Below, piece after piece: positions 48,164-61,321 of a stretch of DNA of 64,000 nt. Source of the DNA: Takakia lepidozioides (lineage: Eukaryota; Plantae; Bryophyta); assembly GCA_030704615.1 (NCBI GenBank), contig CM060732.1, positions 10,292,001 through 10,356,000 of the forward strand, read 5' to 3'. Position numbers and translations under genes: made by a program. Below the pieces are notes generated by a model. It was not told the DNA's origin, searched no databases, and saw nothing but the letters and a program-made list of their open reading frames with translations. Every line of letters begins with the position of its first letter. Position 1 is the stretch's first letter.

Positions 48164-50296
48164 GTGAAGAATGAGGTGGTTCAGGAAGATAATCTGGTGG
48201 GGCAATGGCCTGAATGGTTGGTGAGGCATCACACTGTGGAGGATCAGGGAGAACAACAGCAAGTTCACCATGATGACCCCCAGCAGGCCATGCTTATGAG
48301 TTCCATAAGCAGGACACTTAATTTGTTGGGCACTTATGTGAAATCCCATGTTCCATCTACCCAATTGGCAACTTTGAGGGAGGAACTCAGGAAGGAGTTT
48401 GAGGCTCAAATTGCCACAAAGTGTGCTAACAAGGTAGATGAGGAGGTCAATCTCAAGTTACATCAAGAGTTGGAGAACACAAAGGCTGCTTTGCAGTTGG
48501 CCAAGGGACATTTGATTGAAGCATGTCTCGAGCAGGACCAATTGCATGAAGCACATAAGCAACAGTTATACCAATTGCAGGTGAAGCATGAGGGCAAGTT
48601 GCAAGAAGTGAACGTACTACATACAGAGTTGGAGGCAGTACATCAGAGGATGACCATACAATGTGCTACACTCACAACTACTCTAGAGCAAACTGCATTA
48701 GAAGTTAACAGACAAGGGGAGAGATGTATGAGGGCAGAAGCTGAAATAATAGAGCAAGCGAAACTCATTGTTGATATGAAGGATACAATCTGTCGCAATG
48801 AGAATACTTTCAAACAATACAGACAGGTTGAGGCTGACCAGGAGAGATACATCCTGGAGTTGCAACAAACAGTCATGGTCAATAGAAATGAACTCTCTGT
48901 GGCTAACAAGGCTTGGAAGGAAGCCAATAATCTAGCTGCTGCCTATGCGGGCCTGGTTGAACCTCATGCAAAGCGCATGGAGGCTTTACAACAGCAGTTA
49001 GATGTATACAGACTCCCGGAGGAGCAGACTCTCAGGGGTGCCACACAGGACTTGGTGGATAACCACCTTATGTAGGTCTGGTTAGCACAAGGGCCGGTAG
49101 AAGGCAAAGCACCACGGAAGCTCACCCAGGGCAAGATGAATGAGCTCAGATTGCAGGTGCAGAACATTGCCACAACTACTATAGACAATGTCTATAGTAG
49201 GATAGTGGAGCTACAGGAGGATGTGGAAGGCCTGCAGACTCAAGTGGATGACCCGAGTTCAAATATTGACAAGAGAGTGTTTGTTCCTGAGGAGCAGCTG
49301 ATGGCTACTTATTTACATGCCAGGACTGTAATTTTTCAATCTTCTTCGCAGGGGGTGCAGGAGATGCCAATGGTAGAAGGGCCAATGGTACCAATACCAC
49401 AGCAGGTGCCTGTGCAGGTAGCTGACCCTGTTGCTACTACAGCCAAACCACAGCCTGAGGTATGGGGAGATGCTGCTTTTAACCCACCTAGGACTCCTGC
49501 TGCACGGGAGTACAATCGGGCTATGATTATGCCCTTCAACCATTTTCCCATTGTGCTAGATCTGGCTTGGAAGGAATTTAGTCCTCCGCAGTTGTTGGCA
49601 CATTACTACCAGATCATGCGCATTTGGTTGCCGGTGGCAACTCTGACTAAGGTTCTTCCGAACAATCGACCCATTGAGGATAATCACTTTGCGAGGTACT
49701 GGTCTGAGGGAGGTACCATGCTGAAAGAATTAATTGCCTTCCAGGTTGTACATGGGTACATCTATACCAAGACCAAGGAGGTATCTAGTATTGTCATGGG
49801 CTGTGGATTATACTATGCTGCTTGTTTTCTGGCACGTTATCACATTGAGCAGCAGAAGATGCAATCACAATTTCTGAGTTATTCCAATGGGGATCATTGG
49901 GTCTTACCTTCAGTGCCACCTCATATGTACCTATATGATGCAAAAGTTATGATGCAGAAGGATTCCCAACTTCGTTCATGGTTTAATTCGGCTTGGAACA
50001 ATTTGACAACACAGAAATTCGGCCCTGAGGATATTTTCTTTAAGGGACATGAAGCCTGGAAATATTTACACTATTCCAAAGTCATTGGCACACCTCTCAC
50101 CTATACGGATAAGGAGTTTAGGGCGTTCACTAATTTTGCTTGCAAGCGTTTACAGCAAGTTGTACAGTTTAAACTTCCAGACATGGTGGGACCACTTTGT
50201 ATGCCACACAGGATTCCACTTAAAGTTCGGCCATTAAAACACCTAAGGGGGGACGAGGATTCTGATACTACTGTTTCTTCAGCGGACTCTTTTTGA
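48164..50296 (+). CDS. 3' extra ORF(s) of family 2: coiled-coil-like 48164-49075 plus 49136-50296 (same frame, one stop between)
   Basis: Long E/Q/L-rich helical ORF followed by a 386-aa ORF, directly upstream of the PPT and LTR. Confidence 0.6.
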
Positions 50297-51213
50297 CATG
50301 GCAGAGGACTATGCACTTCAGATGGCAGAGAAGAAACGACGGGGATCTCCTATGCCTGAGAGGTTACCTCGTTATCAGCCAAAGGAGGGTCAAACATTTG
50401 CAGGTAGTGCTCAATCATCTCCATCAGCCAGTGACACGACTCGGGCTCGCACACGGAGTTCTTCACAAGACTCTCACCGTCAGAAGGGTGCTCGCTCACA
50501 AAGGTTTGCTAATCCCAAACAGTAAACCGTGAGGACACGGCTTTTTGAGAGGGGGAGGGGTAATGTTAGAGGGCTGCTTGGGACTTAGACGCTTTTATGG
50601 GTTCTGTGGGGTACCCTTAATTTTTGCGCAGACTGAGACCAACAGGAGCCTTAGGGGTGGCAGGAGCAGGCTTTAGGGGGGTTACACAGCCCGACAGAGC
50701 TTCACACAGCCCGTCACAGTCTATCACAGCCCGACACAGCTTGACACAGCCCGACACAGCTTGACACAGCCCGACACAGCTTTGCACAGCCAGTCACAGC
50801 CCGACACAGCTTCACACAGCTTGACACAGCTTCGCACAGCCAGTCACAGCTCGGCACAGCTTGACACAGCCTGTCACAGTACATGGGGAACAATTATCAT
50901 TGACAGGGAACGACTGTGAGGGAACGACATCTGCAGAGTTACTTTAGGGGTGACGGTTAGTTAGTTAGGTGGTTAGAACAGCTTGCGGGTAGATTAGGAG
51001 AGCGGCAACGGGAAGGGGGTCACTTCTTGAGGAGGGTGACTTGTTCAAGAGAGGAGGAGACGTAACGGAGAGCGGGAAATAGTGTAGAGGAGATGATGAC
51101 TTGAATGAGGCTTGGTTCATGCAAGCTGTAGAATTATACAGTAGGATAGAATAGAGACACCATGGCATAGGCATGATACATGATTAATCTTAATCCGATA
51201 CTAAATCGATACA

Positions 51214-52063
51214 AATGGAACACCAAAAGCAGGAACTCCAGTTTCTGAGACGGAAGATAAAGAAGGAGGAGAGGATGTGGCAGAGCCAACGGAGAGTTCA
51301 GACTTTCCAACACCATTGCAGTTGAGTTACATGAGTGAAGAAGAAACCCAAGGGCAGAACTTGGAGGATGAAAACAAAGAGAAGAAATTGGAAGAGGAAG
51401 AGTATGAAGAAGTAGACCCAACAGCTGAGGTTGAGACTACAACCATGACATCCCAACCCGTTGGACCTGGATCAAGTGGAGCACTTGGATCACAGGCCAA
51501 CGAAGGTGTCGGCTCAGGGGGATCAGGCAGGCAGCCTGGATCTGGCTCTGTGGGGACAGGGAGTGTGGGAAGTAGTGCCCGAAGCGCTCCCTCTCCCCTC
51601 TCCTTATCCGCCCGCAAGCTGTTCTAACCACCTAATTAACTAAACGTCATCCCTGAAGTAACACGTTCCCTCTGCAGATGTCGTTCCCTCACAGTCATTC
51701 CCTGTCAATGATAACTGTTCCCCATGTACTGTGACAGGCTGTGTCAAGCTGTGCCGAGCTGTGACTGGCTATGTCGGGCTGTGTTGGGCTGTGGGAAGCT
51801 GTGGCGGGCTGTGACTGGCTGTGTAAAGTTGTGTCGGGCTGTGCAAAGCTGTGTCGGGCTGTGACTGGCTATGTCAGGCTGTGTCGGGCTGTGCGAAGCT
51901 GTGGCGGCTGTGACTGGCTGTGTAAAGCTGTGTCGGGCTGTATAGCCCCCCTAAAGCCTGTTGCTGCCACCCCTAAGGCTCCTGTTGGTCTCAGTCTGCG
52001 TAAAAATTAAGGGTACCCCACAGAACCCGTATAAGCGTCTAAGTCCCAAGCAGCCCTCTAACA
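51214..52063. mobile_element. Family-2 debris: gag fragment (+, 51214-51578) fused to the 5' half of an LTR (-, ~51580-52063)
   Basis: 51214-51578 matches ~54528-54890; ...AAGCAGCCCTCTAACA at 52063 is the reverse complement of the LTR start. Confidence 0.8.
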
Positions 52064-52662
52064 GGTGGACACACTTCTCAAGTCTTTCCGAAGCCCCTAC
52101 CCGCTGATATTGATACAGGGGAGACTTCCGATAAGGAGCTGGATGACGACTTTGCCTGTGAGTAAGTTCAACCTGTGGATGCTTGCATTGTTGTTTCAAT
52201 ACCCAGAATCACTGTTCTTAAGGCAAAGTGCACATGGGAGATATCATCTTCGTTGGACTTGTGCATTGCATCATTGTGTTCAAAATTGGTTTTTGTCCAC
52301 TTGTGCAGGAGTCCGCGTGCTTCCACTGACCCTCCAGGGCTATCACACCTTTTTGGACTTCTTTCAAGTCCTCCTCAGTCTTACGTCCTACCTGTCTATG
52401 CGGAGGCACTCGCAGCAAGCATGTCCTTTCATGGCACTCGCACTCCAACCATCGACGGCCGTGGTAGAAGACGTGGTGTTGGGGCCGGAATCTTTGTGGA
52501 TGACATAGCACAGGAGGTCGATATTGATTCTGATGACTGTAACACTTGATATGAAGTTTTCTTTTGCTTTCATTCGGGGCCAATTTTGAAATGGGATGGT
52601 TGTATGTCCTTGTAGTCATGTTTGCAATGTGTGCGTGGGATGCAAATTCATGGGAACAAACT
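52064..52662 (+). pseudogene. Duplicate of the 3' end of ParB-MTase gene C
   Basis: 52064-52395 matches ~37716-38005; reads ..DKELDDDFACE, like gene B ..DNDFSCE. Confidence 0.75.
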
Positions 52663-55600
52663 TGTTAGAGGGCTGCTTGGGACTTAGACGCTTTTACGGG
52701 TTCTGTGGGGTACCCTTAATTTTTGCGCAGACTGAGACCAACAAGAGCCTTAGGGGTGGCAGCAGCAGGCTTTAGGGGGGTTACACAGCCCGACACAGCT
52801 TTACACAACCCGCCACATTTTCGCACAGCTTCACACAGCTTCACACAGCCAGTCACAGCCGCCATAGCTTTGCACAGCCCGACACAGCCCGACACAGCCA
52901 ATCACAGCCAATCACAACTCGTCACAGCTTGACACAGTACATGGGGAACAATTATCATTGACAGGGAACGACTATGTGGGAACGACATTTGCAGAGGGAA
53001 CGTGTTACTTCAGGGGTGACGGTTAGTTAGTTAGGTGGTTAGAACAGCTTGCGGGTAGATTAGGTGGAGCAGCAACAGGAAGGGAATCACTTCACGGGGG
53101 AGCGCTGCTGGTGAAGTGATGAGAGGAGATCAGGCGGAGAGCAAGAACAAGAACATGGAGAAGGAGGAAAGATGAACAGTAGATGCTTGTTACATGCAAA
53201 GCTGTAGTGATACTGTAGGGCGAATTAGAATCACCATGGCATTGGCCTGATACATGATAAATCATAATCTGATACTTATTCGATACAATCACACTGTGTA
53301 GAGAGACATGAGTGAAGCTGTGGAATGAATGCATGATTAACTGGAACTTAGTAGATACTGAAGCAATTTGATGCTTCAGTATACATGGTAAGGTAAATTG
53401 AAAACATGAAGGCAAGAAGGAATACAAATAGGAAGCACAACCATGATTCACTAGCTGCAGGTCATGACTGATTGTTCTGAGTGGGCTGAGTGCTCAGAGA
53501 TATCCAACTCTTCTATCTTGGAGTTTCTAACTCGGATAGCGAAGGGATGGGTGAGTAAAAGCCGCTCGACATTTGGCAACCATACTGGGGACCTGGGTCA
53601 TGAACAACCAGATGTGACAGGCATCTAGTGGGATCATGGTGGTTGGAGAATTAAAGAATTTGATGTGAATTAAAGAATTTGATGTGAATTAAAGAATTTG
53701 ATGTGAATTAAAGAATTTGATGTGAATCAAATTCCTTGTGAAACTGAGAAGGAAAGATTGTCCAAACAATTCTTTCAGAGGTTCTTGGAATTGTCAGACG
53801 GTTGTAAAGAAAACATTCTTATGACCTTGAGTGGGGTCTGGAGAAATGAGTGATAAAGATTTATCAGGTGGCCTGTAGAGGAAGAGCACGTTGGTTACCA
53901 ACACTGGTTTATGTGATAGCATTGCTATCCATTAAGCAAGTAGAGTTTGAAGACTGGGAGGAAAGGAAGGTGAATGTTTATACTCATATGCATGAGGAGC
54001 TTGTTTTGGTAAAGAATTGGATTCCAAAGGATATTCTGTGGATCAAACTCACACCAAGAACAGCTTTCCAGACTTGTTTGCCATATGGTTATATGGTAAC
54101 GGAGACTTCTAGTATAGCCAAGGGTGCATTGAAGCTTGAAAGAAACCCAGGCATATACGAGAGATACTATAGAAGAGAGTTTTGGTTATTGCCACATTAA
54201 AGAAATGAAAGACATGGGACATGAGTGATGAAAGAGAAGCTAGACTCCAGAGATATTCAGCAAAAAGAGAAAGTTATCTGAAAGCTAATTATCCATATCT
54301 TTGGGAGAGAGGAATAGACATAGGGGAATCATCTGGACCTCTCTTACCATTAAGATCAGAGAGTACATCACCCATACCGGAAGAACTAGAGTTGGATGCC
54401 ACTCCTTCTTTTTCTTTGCAAGAAAGATTAAGGGAATTGGTACTGGAAGAAGATCAACCACGAGGTGAAAGATCTGAGGTACATCCCTGGATAAAAGATT
54501 TGACAGAAATCTTTGATAAGAGTTTGCATGGAACACCAAAAGCAGGAACTCCAGTTTCTGAGACGGAAGATGAAGAAGGAGGAGAGGATGTGGCAGAGCC
54601 AACGGAGAGTTCAGACTCTCCAACACCATTGCAGTTGAGTTACATGAGTGAAGAAGAAACCCAAGGGCAGAACTTGGAGGATGAAAACAAAGAGAAGAAA
54701 TTGGAAGAGGAAGAGTATGAAGAAGTAGACCCAACAGCTGAGGTTGAGACTACAACCAGGACATCCCAACCCGTTGGACCTGGATCAAGTGGAGCACTTG
54801 GATCACAGGCCAACGAAGGTGTCGGCTCAGGGGGATCAGGCGAGCAGCCTAGATCTGGCTCTGGGGGGACAGGGAGTGTGGGAAGTAGTGCAGCTAGAGC
54901 TGGGAATACTGTGAATATAGTGGGGCCAGTAGCAGGGAGTGCTCAAGGGCCACCACTTGGTGGAAGTTCCACCACAACTACAACAGGTCCTCAAGGACCA
55001 GCACCAGCAAGGGGGCCAACATCTGTTAGTGGGCAGAAGGTAGGGCCACAGATGGCGTTACAACCAACACGGGCAAAACCACCTTTTCCAATATATTCAA
55101 GAAAAGGGGATCCTGATGTACACATTTGCCAATTTAAGCACATGTGTATTGTGAACAATGAGAATGGCGATGATGCCAAGATGAGACTGTTTCCTTGTTC
55201 ACTTATCAAGAAAGCAAGTGAATGGTATGCAAGATTCCCTGATAATCATTTCCTAACCTGGAATGGCTTGAATACAGCATTCCGAAATAGGTTCAGGACA
55301 AGTAAAACTGAGGATGAAGTGTATGGAAGTTTACAACAGTTAAAGCAAAAGAAGCATGAAACTGTTGAGGAGTATATGGAAAAGATGGAATTGATGATGA
55401 AAAAGCTGGCTGCTGTACCAGCACCAGGTTTACAGAAAACTTGGTTTGTGAGTGGACTAAGACCAGAGTTGCAAAAGAAAGTGGATATGTTACCCCATAA
55501 TACAGTGGAGGAGGCATTTGAAACATCGAACAGAATTGAGCAATTGGGAATGCTTAGGAGAGAGAAAAGGGATGATGAGGACTCTGAGGATGAGTCAGAT

Positions 55601-58600
55601 GAGGAAGAAGAGCAAGAGCTGAAAAGGAAGAGTAAGAGGAAGGAGAAGTTGAAGAGGGATAACTATGAGAAAAGATTAGAAGAAATCTTGAAGCCACAGA
55701 GGCTGCAACACATTGGAGGAAGGGTGTTTGGTGTGCAAAGTGCCAGAATGAAGGCCATACCACCACTGAATGCCACATGAAGGAGAAACACTGTACTATC
55801 TGTAAAATGGATAACCATTCTACTGAGAATTGCTACTACAACAGAAGGACAGCAGCTAGAGAACCTAGGCAAGTAAGGGTGCATCAAGTGCAGCCCCAGC
55901 CAAGAAGAAACAGTGATCATGACCACTATGGTAGGCCTGGTGGTTATAACAATGGCATGGAAGGGAGAGGTAATTCAAGAGGGAATTACCAAGGAAATTC
56001 CAAAGGCAACTATCAGGGTAATCCAAGGGGGAATTACCAGCCAGGGAATCAGGATTACAGAAACAATCCCAAAATAGACCAAGGGCGAGGACCTAATGGG
56101 GAAGAACAATGTTACTATTGTAATCAGGCAGGACATCGCATGGTAGCCTGTCCATTCTGGATCAGACACCAGAATGAGATGAGAGCTCCTATGAATGAGG
56201 GGCCAGTGGTGGCAGCTCACATGGTTAGGCCATGTGTTGTACCAGAAGTAAGTACAATGATAGTAACGAGAAGCAAAGCCAAAATAATACCTCCAGTAGA
56301 TGAGGAAGGTGATGATAATGGAGATGGCAGTGATGTGCCTGAAGATGATGAGGCTTGGAGAGATAAGAAGGAACTGCACAAGGAAGTGGCAGATACCATA
56401 AGGGAAATGCAGAAGAGTACTGATATTCCTATGGCAGATTCCTCTGATTCTGAAAGAGGAGAGGAAGGGAGTGAGGATGAAGGGAAGAAAGAAGTTGCAG
56501 ACATGTAGAGTAATGAAGGAACTTTGGCTGAAGTAATATGCCAGTCCAAAGCGGAGATTACCATTGCACAGCTATTGGCTGTGGCACCTTATTATAGACA
56601 CAGGCTGTATCAAGCAATCAATCGAATTGCCCATGTGACAGGGAAGACAGACCTGAACAGCAAGGTGACCAGTTATAATGTGAAGCCAGAAGGGCGAGAA
56701 ACAGTCATAGACTTTGATGATTCTATGCCAGTAATCCAATTGAGAATTGGAAGCACAGAACTAACTGATGTACTGATAGATGGAGGCTCTGGAGTGAATA
56801 TCATGACAGACCAATTAAGGCAGAAGCTTGGTCTAAGTAACATGAAACCAACCCCATTTACAGTAACAATGGTAGATCAAAGAAGTGTACAACCATTGGG
56901 ATTGATAAGAGGAGTTAAGATACAGATTCAAAAGATGATCTTTATGATCACAGTAACTGTGTTAAAAATGGATGAAGTCATGAAAGCTTACTCCTTATTG
57001 TTGGGACGACCGTGGCTGAAATAGGCCAGGGTATTCCATGACTGGAATTCCCAGTTACTAACTGTGCATGATGGGATGCACAAGATACAAATCACCACTA
57101 AGAAATCTAGTAGATTACCTGCTACAAGAAGACCTTGAGGGGTTATGGAGTATGACTGGAGGGGAGGACTTGATGAGGAGCAGGAAGCTACCCTGTTCGC
57201 TGCACACCCAGAGTGGGAGCAGGTTGCAGAGATGCAGCTGGAAGGCCTAAGTTGTTTAAAAGGTATCTGCTGTGGTGTAGTGACAGCAACACCAGTTGAC
57301 GGTGAAACAAGCAGTTATCCACCACATTTCTATGAAGAAAGAGAGGGAGAAATGGAAATCCTAGAGGAACCAGCCACTGTGAGTTTACAGGATGAAGTGG
57401 TGACTGGTTGGACAATCACAGCTGATGAGCAGGTGAGAGAAGTGAATGTGGGAACTGAACAGGAACCGAGGATGGTGAAGGTATGGGCTGATTTGGAGCC
57501 AGAATTCTTTGAGGAAGCTAAGAGTTAGTTCATCAAATACAGAGATGTATTTGCTTGGAGCTACAAGGATCTAAAAGGGATACCACCTGAGATCTGTCAG
57601 CATAAGATTGAACTGGAACCGGGGTCAGTACCAATCAAACAGGCAAGGTACAGAATGAATCCCAACTATGCACAGAAGGTTGGAGAAGAGATCAAGAAGT
57701 TGGCTGAGGCTAAGTTTATATACCCGATAGAGTATACAACTTGGTTGTCACCCATTGTGATAGTTCCCAAGAAGAATGGTAAACTGAGAGTTTGTGTGAA
57801 CTATAAGAAGTTGAATGCTTGTACGAAGAAAGATCCTTTCCCTTTGCCATTCACAGAAGCGGTATTGGACACTGTGGCAGGCCATGAGATGTACTCATTC
57901 ATGGATGGCTTCAGTGGTTATAATCAAGTGCAAGTGGCAGAAGAAGACCAGGGAAAGACAGCTTTCATCACAGACTGGGGTGCTTATGCATACAAAGTCA
58001 TGCCTTTTGGACTTTGTAATGCACCAACAACCTTTCAGAGAGTGATAAGTGAATCTTTTCATGAGTATCTGGATGATTTTATGCAGGTGTTCTTGGATGA
58101 TTTTAGTGTGTACAGCTCTAAGAATGAGCACTTGCATAAATTGGAGTTATGTTTGGCCAGATGCAGGATGAGAGGTCTGGGCCTGAATCCAGAGAAGTGT
58201 ACTTTCTGTGTGAACTCAGGGGTGCTTTTGGGACACATTGTGTGTAAGAAGGGACTTCTTGTGGATCCCAGAAAGACAGAGGCCATTAAAGCCTCTCCAC
58301 CACCAGTAAATGTTAAGAGTTTAAGGAGATTCCTTGGACAAACCAGTTATTACAGAAGATTTGTCAGATGGTATGCACAGATAGCAGCACCATTGAGCAA
58401 GCTTCTGAAGAAAGATGCAGTGTTTGCATGGACAGCTGAATGTCAATAGGCTTTTGAGGAACTTACATTGTCAATAACAACTACACCTGTGCTGATTAAC
58501 CCTCAGTGGCATGTAGTATTTCATGTTCAATGTGATGCCTCAGGAGAAGCGTTGGGAAAATGTTACAGGAAATATAGATTCACCTGTGTACTATGCTAGC

Positions 58601-58731
58601 AGGTTGATGAACAGTGCTGAAAAGAACTATAGCACAACTGAAAGAGAAGCACTGACAATGATTTATGCAGTCAAGAAATTCAGGCATTATTTATTAGGAA
58701 GGAAGTTTATGTTTTATGTGGATCACCAGGC
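52663..58731 (+). mobile_element. Family 2 copy 2: LTR 52663-53571, PBS 53574-53591, extra ORF, gag-PR-RT-RH with stops; cut by family 3
   Basis: High similarity to copy 1; complete RT with FLDDF; ends at FYVDHQA. Confidence 0.9.
53648..53728. repeat. 4 x 19-bp tandem repeat GAATTAAAGAATTTGATGT
   Basis: Seen directly; single copy at the equivalent site of copy 1 (~39809). Confidence 0.9.
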
Positions 58732-60939
58732 TGTAGTGTGAATGCAGGGGAGTAACATTGAAAATTTTGTTGGGAATCAAATTACGGCATTGGTGAAGAA
58801 GGGAGTGCCTGGTACTAATGTCGGGAGAGAATTACCCAGGCCTACAGGTAATTCCATGGGAACACTATGCTCTTGCTCTGCCAGGACAAAATATGGCTAA
58901 GTCATAACATACGCATTTTCATCCTTGGAATGAATGATTTTCGTCGCGTATGTTTAACCTAGAAACTCGAGCTGAGGAAAACGAGGAGGAAGACGACGGG
59001 CAACTCTTCACAGCTGCTGCCGTAGTGTTGTCAGGCAGGCTGGCTTGGGAACTTACACCTGCACCATGTGAATCAGCTTGCCTTAAAGCGCGACGTTAAG
59101 GGATCTGCTTGGCATTTTGTGCAAGGAGAAGCGGTGCCTCTTTCTGCGTGGTGATAATCAATTTTGAAAGCTGAGCAGGTGCTAAGAGCAGTGCACTACC
59201 GCTGCCGCCATTGTCTTGAAGAGTACAGTTATGAGGAGATGGAGCGCAACAACAGCTGTTGGGGAATGAGAAGTGCAGGCTGGTGTGGATGCGACTCAGG
59301 TCATCTGTAATTAAAACTTGTAGTAGCCTTCTGTCTTAGAGCTGTAGGAGCACATCAATCCTTAGGGCAGAAGTACACATGTAGAGGGATAGGGTAGAGG
59401 TTGGCAAGCACAAGGATGTTGCCAGCTAATGAAGCAAGCCGTCATGACATGATGAGAACTGGAATCAAGATGAGGAGAAGCGTTGAATATGGCTGCTGAC
59501 AGCGATGGTGAGGTGCCAGCTTAGCAGGCAGAACCACCGCTTCACACGAGTATAAGACAGATAAGTTCTAAGAGTGTTGGTCTCTCTTTTTGGGCACTTA
59601 GGAATGACTTTGTGAAGTTTTTGGAACTGTCTCTTGTATCTGCTGAAGGGGACAGAAATGTGAGGAGTAGAAAAGGCCTTTGAAAATGGAATGAAGACAC
59701 TGGAATTCAAACCAGGATAGGGTGGAGATGGATGCACCTGTTGTTACACTGTCATTAGGAAAAAGATAGAGGGGACAAGGATAGCTCACATCAGGGTCAG
59801 AATGGTTGCTGTTGTTGTGTTCATTTTCTTTATTTTCAGTGTCTTCAGCCAGCATAAGCAAACCAGCCCTGGATGTTAAAACAGTGGAGCCAGTGTAGAA
59901 TTAGCTTGGTGGATAAAGGAGAACAGGGATGGTCAGACAGAAACGGATTTGAAGAACTGAGAGGGATGACGTGGATGGGGAAGAAAAGTCAATACTGTTT
60001 TGGGGTTTGGATCTGATTTATAGAAGTGTTCTCAACATGTGAATGACTGAGGTTTGCAATTGAGGAGAAAAAGAGAGCTGTCAGGGTGTGTGATTTGAGA
60101 TCTGTAGAAGGGTTGTGAAGCACCTTGGCCAAATAGGATCCACTTGGGGAAAGATAGTGCAAGGACCAGTCACTGGAGAGAGAGAAAAAGAGAAAGACCG
60201 ACAGAGGGGCAGATCATGTCTTGTAACCAAGGTTGACTTCAATGATGGATGCACTGGATGCCTGGCTGGATGTGCATTTGCATTGCATCATAGCCATGCT
60301 GTTGTGAAAAAGTGAGGAATCCACACACCAAGGAAAAAGGATTTGAGAGAAAGAAAAAGTGAAAAGGGAGAAGGGTTGATGAGGGATGGACAAATGGAGA
60401 GGCAAGGTCAAGAAGACATGAACCCTGAATGATCAAACTAGTGGGCCTGCAGTTCATGGCAGATCTGAGCTGTCCACCCACCTAGACCGTGATCTCATTA
60501 CAAAAAGGGGCTTCCGACGTGTTGCAGACCAAGGGAACTGCCCACAAGGGCAGTGTTTATCACTGACATAGGGCTGATTGCATCACTGAATACATCGTGG
60601 CAGCATAGTTGGTGCTGTACCTGCAGGTAGAGGATGTTGTGTAAAAGGTAGAACCAAGAGTGAACAACAATTTGACTCCCCATCCATGTCTTCTCTTCCG
60701 CTGCGGCGTGGATGAGGATTGCTTGAACTCTGATCACGAAGGAGCTGAGGGAAACCCACAGCCAACTGACGATAGTAGGACAGAAAAGAAGAACCTTCTT
60801 TCTTTTGCTCCGCTTAGAATGGAAGGAAGCACAATTAGAATTATACAGAAGGGGATTCACGCCCCTTCTTTTGGTATCAGAGCCTCGTTAAATCTTGATT
60901 TCTACTAGCTAGGGATCTTGACTGGTGTTGTATGGCTTG

Positions 60940-61251
60940 ATGGCAGGCAGAGACCACACACTGATTCCTGATGAACCAAGCATTGGAGATGTGCTGATTT
61001 GCTTCAGCAGACGCACACCAAATGCCCACGCAGACCCTTGTTTGTACTTCTTCAACCCTGCTTGGAGAATAGCTAATGGTGATTTATGTCTTAGAGTGAT
61101 ACATACTGGTGGAAGAACAACCATAGCACTTTGGATAAGAGAGTCTGGAAGGTGGGAGAAGATAAATACCATGGCACGAGAGGTGACATGGGGAGGTAGA
61201 GTAGAGATGTTGCGAAATGGACAGTGGGAGTGGTATAGAGGTCAGCATTAA
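60940..61251 (+). CDS. Small ORF (~103 aa) between PBS and gag of family 3
   Basis: MAGRDHTLIPDEPSIGDVLICF...WEWYRGQH; protein-like composition, no recognised homolog. Confidence 0.4.
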   Translation: MAGRDHTLIPDEPSIGDVLICFSRRTPNAHADPCLYFFNPAWRIANGDLCLRVIHTGGRTTIALWIRESGRWEKINTMAREVTWGGRVEMLRNGQWEWYRGQH

Positions 61252-61321
61252 GGGGGTTGCAGGAAAATTAGAGTCAGAATTAGGTGTTGAAACAGTTTGA
61301 ACTTCGACTAGAGTATAGAAA

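Larger units (their letters stand above)
38006..51213 (+). mobile_element. Tat/Athila-like Gypsy element (family 2, copy 1), rearranged
   Basis: LTR starting TGTTAGAGG at 38006-39730; PBS TGGCGACCATACTGCGGA at 39733; gag with three CCHC knuckles; LIDGGSGVN protease; RT; inverted RH/IN; extra ORFs; PPT 50547-50560; second LTR from 50564. Confidence 0.85.
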
